Below, one piece after another: positions 39,072 through 45,185 of a stretch of DNA of 64,000 nucleotides. Within the stretch, counting starts at the first letter, position 1, and every line of letters begins with the position of its first letter. Source of the DNA: an uncultured delta proteobacterium (GTDB taxonomy: Bacteria > Desulfobacterota > Binatia > Binatales > Binataceae). The notes beneath the pieces were generated by a model. It did not search any database and was not told where the DNA came from. It saw only the letters and a program-made list of their open reading frames with translations. The stretch covers positions 661,290 through 725,289 of the forward strand of contig CAVQAG010000013.1 in NCBI GenBank assembly GCA_963710455.1. The letters run 5' to 3'. The translations under genes were made by a program, and so were the position numbers.

Positions 39072-39584
39072 CTACTTGGTGTTGCCGGGAGGAAAAGGCT
39101 CATTTTTGAAACTGCAACTCGAGTTGAAGGTGTAAGTGCCATTCGGAAAGCCACGAGAAACCATCGGTGTCATCAGCTGCAGGTTGGAGGTAACCGAGAT
39201 CGTTACCGTGTCCCCGGGACCGCCGGCGCTGCCGTTGCCGCCCCGCAGGCTCGAAATCTGAATGTTCGATACCTGCGTACCAAACGCCGCTTGTTGCAGC
39301 GTCGCGATTATCGAATTCACGCGTGACAGGGACTGACCCGGGTTTTTGGGGTCCGGAAGGTGGTTACCAGTGGACGCGAACCGGCCCGCCTCCTGCACCG
39401 CATTTTCAACCTCCATTTCCACAAGGAACAGGCGTCCGAAGTCGAACACGGCGAAGATCAGAAAGAAGAACAGAGGCGCGACCAGGAGAAATTCGACCAT
39501 CGCTTGGCCGGCCCTCGCACGGTTCTCAGGCAGCTTGAATGTCGAGGTGAGGGTATGAGGACGGAAGCTGCTGAGTTTGTTCAT
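39072..39584 (-). CDS. TadE-like pseudopilin
   Basis: AGQAMVEFLLVAPLFFFLIFAVFDFGR. Confidence 0.75.
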   Translation of the reverse strand: MNKLSSFRPHTLTSTFKLPENRARAGQAMVEFLLVAPLFFFLIFAVFDFGRLFLVEMEVENAVQEAGRFASTGNHLPDPKNPGQSLSRVNSIIATLQQAAFGTQVSNIQISSLRGGNGSAGGPGDTVTISVTSNLQLMTPMVSRGFPNGTYTFNSSCSFKNEPFPPGNTK

Positions 39585-39602
39585 GACTATCAGAATTATC
39601 GC

Positions 39603-39664
39603 CTTTTGCGCTGTATTGTAAGTTTTAATTATCTAATAGATGATTTCTTTTGCGCTGAGTTGTA
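39603..39664. repeat. two 18-bp direct repeats upstream of the TadE operon
   Basis: CTTTTGCGCTGTATTGTA (39603-39620) and CTTTTGCGCTGAGTTGTA (39647-39664), 16/18 identical, 44 bp apart. Confidence 0.6.
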
Positions 39665-40454
39665 TCAAACTGCTACACTAGCTTTAGTCAAGAATTGACA
39701 TCCTAAAGGTCATGTGAATTTATTACGACTTCCAAATCCAGGCAGATCCCGCTTTGCCGGAGCTTCGCGATACGTCGAGACGCACCTCGCACAGGCCGGC
39801 TCACCATCGCTAATTCGATCGTGATCGACAGGATTCAACGGACGCCGATCGCCTAGTTCGTACCGCTATTCGGATTGCTAGGAGCCGCGCTCCGCTAGCT
39901 CAACTCGATTGACCAGACCGCGTTGCCCTTACGCCTGGCCAGCGAAATTGTGGTCGGCGCCGTCGCGACCAAGGACAAGCTCCCTAAGTTTGAATCCTTT
40001 GACGCAGCTGCCTTAGCCTTGGCTTCCTCAGCGTGAGAGCGCGGCATGAGGCAATTCGGGCGTTTCGTAGAGGATAGCCAGACGGCAAACTTGAGATTCC
40101 CCCAGTCACACTTGCGATGATTCCGGGTGCAGGGTGTCGCTACATAGGTACAGTCAACTCTCTGTTCCCGGGCGAGCACATCGCTGTGCCCACGCCCGAG
40201 TCGATAGTCCTGGGAGCAATCGGCCGCGCTGTCCGATCAAACTCTGGATCATATCGGCGCGGAGGACACAGAGGCTGTCCTGAACTAGCGGACATCTGAT
40301 TTGTATAAGCGGACAGAGCTCGACGTCCCGCGATTTTCGACCGGGATAACATCGTCATCCTCTTACTTATGCGCTCAGTGGAGTGAACCCCTAAAACTGG
40401 ACAGAAAAGCAGGGACGAATTGGACCGGGCGGTGGGCTTATCGGAGGATAGGCC

Positions 40455-40811
40455 ATGTCTCGGCATCGGAGTTTCAGTTCGGAGTTCAAGCGCCAGATCG
40501 CCAAAGAGTTTCTTGACGGACGTGCAGGGCTGCATGAGCTCGCGCGCCGGCATAGTCTCTCGCGCAATCTGATTCGGCTTTGGATTAGCAAGTACGAGGC
40601 GGGCGAGTTCACCGACGAGCTGGCCGAGGCGGTGCACATCGCCCAGTACGAGCGAAAAATAGCTGAGCTCGAACGCAAGGTCGGCCAGCTCACGATGGAA
40701 GTCGATCTGCTCAAAAAAGGGGCGCAGTTGGGGCGCCAGCCCAACGAAGGGAGCTACTCCATCGTGAGCGGCCCGAAGCCGTCTCCGTCGCGCGAGGATG
40801 CCGAATCATGA
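40455..40811 (+). CDS. IS3-family transposase OrfA (HTH + leucine zipper)
   Basis: [20 protein letters not shown]...[18 protein letters not shown]. Confidence 0.9.
   Translation: MSRHRSFSSEFKRQIAKEFLDGRAGLHELARRHSLSRNLIRLWISKYEAGEFTDELAEAVHIAQYERKIAELERKVGQLTMEVDLLKKGAQLGRQPNEGSYSIVSGPKPSPSREDAES
40713..40719 (+). other. A6G run, candidate -1 frameshift site for an OrfAB fusion
   Basis: AAAAAAG near the end of orfA. The orfB frame is open from here to 40808. Phasing is AAA-AAA-G rather than the canonical A-AAA-AAG. Confidence 0.45.
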
Positions 40812-41608
40812 GGCTGGCGCGTTCGACTTACTACTACCGCGGCCGCCGCCAGGCGGCGGAGAAAAAGGTTCTGTGCGACCGCATTGAGGCGCTGTGTGCC
40901 GAGTTCCCACGCGACGGCTACCGCCGCATAACCCACCAGCTCCGTGCCGAGGGAATGGTGGTCAATCACAAGGCAGTAGCGCGGCTGATGCGGCAGAACG
41001 GCCTCCAGGTGCGGCCCCTGCGTAAGTTCGTGCGCACCACGGACAGCGACCACGACGGCCCGATCTTTCCCAACCTTGCCCGTGGCTTCCGCCCAACCGG
41101 CCCCAATCAGCTCTGGGTCGGCGATATCACGTACATCCGTATCGTGTCCGGCTTCGTCTACCTGGCAGTGATTCTGGACGCCTGGTCGCGCCGGGTGATT
41201 GGCTATGCGCTTGGTCGGCAGATCGATACACGACTCGCCTTGGCAGCTTTGCGGGCGGCAATCGAGACGCGACGACCACCGCCCGGCTGTATCCATCATT
41301 CCGATCGCGGTGCGCAGTACGCGGCCGAGCCCTATCGCCGGATACTTGCCGAACGCGGATTGGTCGGTTCGATGAGTCGGCGCGGCAATCCATACGACAA
41401 CGGGAAAGCCGAGAGTTTCATGAAGACGATCAAATGCGAAGAGGTCTACCTCAGTGACTATCGGACTCACGCGGACGTGATCGCGAGGCTTCCACGCTTC
41501 ATCGACGAGGTATACAACATTCGCAGACTGCACTCGGCGCTCGGTTATCTTTCGCCCGTGCGGTTCGAGGAACTACACGCCCGCACCCTGGTCCAATCTC
41601 CCGCCTGA
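40808..41608 (+). CDS. IS3-family transposase OrfB (DDE integrase core)
   Basis: [28 protein letters not shown]. It lies in the -1 frame relative to OrfA, with an ATGA overlap. Confidence 0.9.
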   Translation: MRLARSTYYYRGRRQAAEKKVLCDRIEALCAEFPRDGYRRITHQLRAEGMVVNHKAVARLMRQNGLQVRPLRKFVRTTDSDHDGPIFPNLARGFRPTGPNQLWVGDITYIRIVSGFVYLAVILDAWSRRVIGYALGRQIDTRLALAALRAAIETRRPPPGCIHHSDRGAQYAAEPYRRILAERGLVGSMSRRGNPYDNGKAESFMKTIKCEEVYLSDYRTHADVIARLPRFIDEVYNIRRLHSALGYLSPVRFEELHARTLVQSPA

Positions 41609-42042
41609 CAACTGTCCAACCGATGGGGTTCACTCCACAGGTTTCCTTACTTCAGCAGCTAGGGGCAAATCGAAGATCTCCTATGACGCTGCCTAACCCG
41701 AAGTTAGTGCAGCTCCACTTCCAGTCAAATATAGGTAAATGAAAGCGTATCAGATTCGAGTCGGCAGCCATTAGCCCTGAACCGGTATTTTTAGGCCGTA
41801 AGAGAGCGCCCTAGACAAGATTGGTCGTCCTTAGCTAGGATGCGCGCATAGACGAAGCTTCGGCATAAAAAAAACGTCTGATTCGAACGTGACAAAATCT
41901 GCGGCCGAAAGGCCGTTTGCGGGACTGTGACAGGCCGTCTCCGGCTAGGTGATGTTCTTCGGATCTTTGGCTCCCGGCTAGGGTCATTAAGCGTCGCAGT
42001 CTCGCTGGATATCGGCTGCTTGGGCCGTGTGGAAGTTGTGGG

Positions 42043-43428
42043 ATGGCACAGACAGGGGACGCATCAAACGTTGCAAAAGCCGAACAAGCGACAGTCCTGA
42101 TCGTCGAGAACGACGAGGAGGAGGCGCGTTTTCTTGCCAAGGCGCTCGAGCAAAAGGGCTACGACATCGAGATTTGTTCGAGCAACGACGCTGACCTTAC
42201 CAGCGCCGAGCGGGGCTCTGAAGTCATCGTAGCAGCCGTGCAAAGTCCCGGGATGGACGGGCTTGAAATGCTGCGCCGGGTGCGGGCGAGGCGGCCTGGC
42301 GTGGCGATGATCCTGCTCGCGGGAGGAAGCAGCGTTATCTCGGCGGCCGCCGCGATACGTGAGGGCGCCTTCGACTACGTGACCAAGCCATTCAGTGTCG
42401 AGGCGTTGGTCAAGACCGTCGAGCGAGCAATCGAGATGGGCTCGCTGCAGCGCGAGAACCGCCGCCTGCGCCAGCAGCTCGACGTCGCCGGTACGGCCGC
42501 CGGCTTTATCGCCGAAAGCCTGCAGAGCAAGCAGCTGGTCGCGATGATCCGTCGCGTCGCTCCGTCGTGCTCGGCCGCTCTGATCGAAGGTGAAAGTGGC
42601 ACCGGCAAGGAGCTTATCGCTCGCATGCTCCACTTTTGGAGCGCACGCGCGGACGGCGTCTTCGTTGCGATCAACTGCAAAGCTTTCGCGGAGGGCGCGG
42701 TCGAGAGCGAATTGTTCGGGCACGAGAAAGGCTCCTTCACGGGTGCAATCGCGGCGCATGCCGGATGTTTCGAGCGTGCTTCGGGCGGCACTTTGTTCCT
42801 CGACGAGATCGCCGAGGCGGGAACGGATTTCCAGGCCAAGCTTCTGCGCGTGCTCGAGGACGGCGAGCGCGTCGGCGCCTCGAAATTGCGCAAGGTCGAC
42901 GTGCGAATCGTCGCCGCCACCAACCGTATGCTCCGCAATGAAGTCGCCGCCGGCCGTTTCCGCGCTGACCTCTACTTTCGCCTGAACGTCATCCCGGTCA
43001 AGATCGCGCCACTGCGCGAGCGCCGCGAGGATATCCTGCCGCTGGCGCGTCATTTCCTCGCTTATTACACGGCATTGGCCGGGCGCCCGATCACGCTCTC
43101 GCCCGAGGCCGAACGCTCGCTCGTCAATTACCAGTGGCCCGGCAACGTACGCGAACTGGAAAATGTGATCGAGCGCTCCGTGGTCATGAGCGGAGCGGAA
43201 GTTCTCACCCCTGAGGCCTTTGCATTGGAGGGCAATATCGAGCCCACGCCTGAGGGCGAGGAACCGGCTGAGCCCAACGAGACTCTGCAAGCTTATCTCG
43301 ATCGCGCCGCGGTCTCGCGAATCCGTGCGGCGCTCGATGCCGCCAAGGGCAACCGCGCGATCGCCGCGACCACGCTCGGTGTGGACCGCACCACCCTGTA
43401 CCGGTTGATGAAGCGTTTGGGACTGTGA
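42043..43428 (+). CDS. sigma-54-dependent Fis-family transcriptional activator (NtrC-like) with atypical receiver
   Basis: REC-like N-terminus, AAA+ domain (GESGTGKE, ESELFGHEKGSFTGA), and C-terminal Fis HTH (TLGVDRTTLYRLMKRLGL). Confidence 0.9.
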   Translation: MAQTGDASNVAKAEQATVLIVENDEEEARFLAKALEQKGYDIEICSSNDADLTSAERGSEVIVAAVQSPGMDGLEMLRRVRARRPGVAMILLAGGSSVISAAAAIREGAFDYVTKPFSVEALVKTVERAIEMGSLQRENRRLRQQLDVAGTAAGFIAESLQSKQLVAMIRRVAPSCSAALIEGESGTGKELIARMLHFWSARADGVFVAINCKAFAEGAVESELFGHEKGSFTGAIAAHAGCFERASGGTLFLDEIAEAGTDFQAKLLRVLEDGERVGASKLRKVDVRIVAATNRMLRNEVAAGRFRADLYFRLNVIPVKIAPLRERREDILPLARHFLAYYTALAGRPITLSPEAERSLVNYQWPGNVRELENVIERSVVMSGAEVLTPEAFALEGNIEPTPEGEEPAEPNETLQAYLDRAAVSRIRAALDAAKGNRAIAATTLGVDRTTLYRLMKRLGL

Positions 43429-43460
43429 GACGCGAGGTCTCCAGAGAAGAAGTTGCGACG

Positions 43461-43637
43461 TCAACCGGCGGCTGCAGGTCCCGATTGCTCCGCTACCTCT
43501 CCGCTATCGATGCATCGCCAGTAGGGGTCCTCGAAGGTCCACCGACGCCGAATTTCGTCCAGCCCCGAGCCTGGAGTGTCCAAAAAGATGCGTACCCTGC
43601 AACCGTCCCCAGTCTTCAATGTGAGAACTTCCTTCAT
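43461..43637 (-). CDS. possible small protein (58 aa), unknown function
   Basis: MKEVLTLKTGDGCRVRIFLDTPGSGLDEIRRRWTFEDPYWRCIDSGEVAEQSGPAAAG. Below the ORF-track size cut-off. Preceded by TTGCCT-N18-TAGAAT on the minus strand (43667-43696). Confidence 0.3.
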   Translation of the reverse strand: MKEVLTLKTGDGCRVRIFLDTPGSGLDEIRRRWTFEDPYWRCIDSGEVAEQSGPAAAG

Positions 43638-43998
43638 CTCTCGCCAAAATCATCAGATTAGTCTTGATTCTAGTCTATTTAACTTTATTTAGGCAAATGC
43701 TGTTTCTATTGACTTGGCGCACGACGAGCCACTGCACATTGCGCACCTCGCGCGCGGGGCGCACTTGGAAGGATCGCGAGTTATCGTTTGGTAAGGTCCG
43801 TAGCCAAAGGGGAGAGTAATTAATCCCAGGATGCGGCGAATTGCCGGTGCGGCTGCGTCCACATATAAACATGCCACGCAGCGGACCCAGCGGCTAAATT
43901 TCATCCGATGCTACGATCGTCGCCTCCACTTAGGCCAAAATCGCTTTACCTTGCTTAAATCGTCAGATCGGCGGGTGCATACCGTCAAAAAGCCCTTT

Positions 43999-44053
43999 GT
44001 CAACCGTCGCTCAAGTGTCAACCGGTTGACGAGGCTACGCCAGGCCGTCAACG
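43999..44053. repeat. cluster of GTCAAC half-sites including a 14-bp perfect palindrome
   Basis: GTCAACC (43999-44005), GTCAACCGGTTGAC (44017-44030), GTCAACG (44047-44053, overlapping the dehydrogenase stop codon). Confidence 0.6.
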
Positions 44054-45106
44054 CATTCGTACTGCCGGGTTGGCGCAATGCCGCGGCTGCCGTCCCTCAA
44101 ATATGTCGATCAAATTATCCACCGCGAGCTCGGCCATCTTAAGCCGGGTCGCGTGACTCGCGCTGCCGATGTGCGGCGTGATTACGACGTTGGGCAACTC
44201 GAGCAGCGGATCGTTCGCGAGGATAGGCTCAGGGTCGGTCACGTCGAGGGAGGCCCCGGCGATACGTCCCGCTCGCAGAGCGCCGGCGAGCGCCTGCGGA
44301 TCGACGATCGCGCCTCGCGCGGTGTTGATCAAAATGGCTGTTCGTTTCATCGTCGCGATTTCCGATTCGCCGATCATGTGGCGAGTCGCGGCCATCAGCG
44401 GCACATGTATCGAGACGAAGTCCGATTGAGCAAGTAGTCGCTTGAGGCTCATTGGCTCCGCCGGCGAAGCATTGGCGCCGGCGGAAGCCCGAGAAAGCCG
44501 GCCTCGCGCCAGGCGCGACGCGCGGGGGCCCGGCAAATATACAACGCGCATCTGGAAACCCGCGGCGCGCCGCGCCATCGCCTGCCCGATCGCGCCCCAT
44601 CCGATTATCCCCAGCGTGGCTCCGTGAATGTCCCGCCCCAACAGCACCTTCGGTCCCCACGTTCGCCATCGACCATTGCGCACGTAACGATCGCCCTCGG
44701 CGATTCGCCGCGCAGCCGCCATCATCAGCCCAAAGGCTAGGTCGGCGGTAGTTTCGGTCAGGATGCCAGGCGTGTGGCCCACCGCTATACCGGCGCGAGT
44801 CGCGGCGCCGAGGTCGATATTGTCGACGCCCACGGCCAGGTTGCTGATCGCGCAGAGCCGCGGCAGTGCGCGGATAGTCGCGGCATCGAACCGATCGGTG
44901 ACCATGCTGAGCACGCCGTCGGCCTGCCGCGCACGCGCACGCAACTCGGCCGCCGGCGGCGGCATTTCGTCGTCCCACAGATCCACCCGCGCCATCGATG
45001 CCAGCCGTCGGATAGCGGGTTCCGCGATCGGGCGGGTGACGAACACACGCCGTTCGCCTGGCCCGGCACCGCGGGCTTTTACCTGCTTGCCACGAGGATC
45101 CTTCAT
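44048..45106 (-). CDS. D-isomer-specific 2-hydroxyacid dehydrogenase (glyoxylate/hydroxypyruvate reductase-like)
   Basis: NAD-binding GIIGWGAIGQAMARR plus catalytic-region motifs INTARG and TPHIGSAS. Confidence 0.85.
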   Translation of the reverse strand: MKDPRGKQVKARGAGPGERRVFVTRPIAEPAIRRLASMARVDLWDDEMPPPAAELRARARQADGVLSMVTDRFDAATIRALPRLCAISNLAVGVDNIDLGAATRAGIAVGHTPGILTETTADLAFGLMMAAARRIAEGDRYVRNGRWRTWGPKVLLGRDIHGATLGIIGWGAIGQAMARRAAGFQMRVVYLPGPRASRLARGRLSRASAGANASPAEPMSLKRLLAQSDFVSIHVPLMAATRHMIGESEIATMKRTAILINTARGAIVDPQALAGALRAGRIAGASLDVTDPEPILANDPLLELPNVVITPHIGSASHATRLKMAELAVDNLIDIFEGRQPRHCANPAVRMR

Positions 45107-45185
45107 CCGGTCGCCGTATTAATCGCATCAGGGCCGTCGCGCAAGTGCGTTTCAAATCGTTGGGCGCGTTTGCTATACGCCTCGT

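Larger units (their letters stand above)
40379..41637 (+). mobile_element. IS3-family insertion sequence, intact
   Basis: 1259 bp with TG...CA termini. IRL TGGAGTGAACCCC......TGGACAG matches the reverse complement of the right end at 20/26 positions. Flanked by a 3-bp direct repeat CAG (40376-40378 and 41638-41640). Confidence 0.9.

Noticed and set aside
32686-39900. Additional sigma-54 promoters upstream of 32952 and of the minus-strand TadE operon.
   Set aside because: I scanned every TGG/GG...GC combination by eye. The spacings were off by 1-3 nt or the -12 TGC was missing. Only the 34813 site passed.
39895-40179. 94-aa minus-strand ORF upstream of the TadE operon, considered as a possible Flp pilin or first gene of the operon.
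   Set aside because: It has no hydrophobic Flp-like segment, no G/XXXXEY-type processing motif and no RBS, and its composition is odd. It is probably non-coding.
40140-40637. 165-aa minus-strand ORF spanning the left end of the IS3 element.
   Set aside because: It crosses the IS boundary and is antisense to orfA. After mentally removing the IS, the joined flanks give no convincing disrupted gene in any frame.
41901-41916. GCGGCC-GAAA-GGCCGT hairpin with a flanking T/A-run between the IS3 element and the activator gene.
   Set aside because: The stem is short and there is no gene end nearby to terminate. It is possibly fortuitous.
42064-43464. 466-aa minus-strand ORF covering the sigma-54 activator. 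Similar long shadow ORFs occur at 18185..19714, 57853..59301, 47714..49309, 29637..31127, 8798..9745, 44229..45155 and 45173..46009.
   Set aside because: Each is the mirror of a confidently identified gene and shows low-complexity R/A/G/P-rich translation. These are high-GC artefacts.
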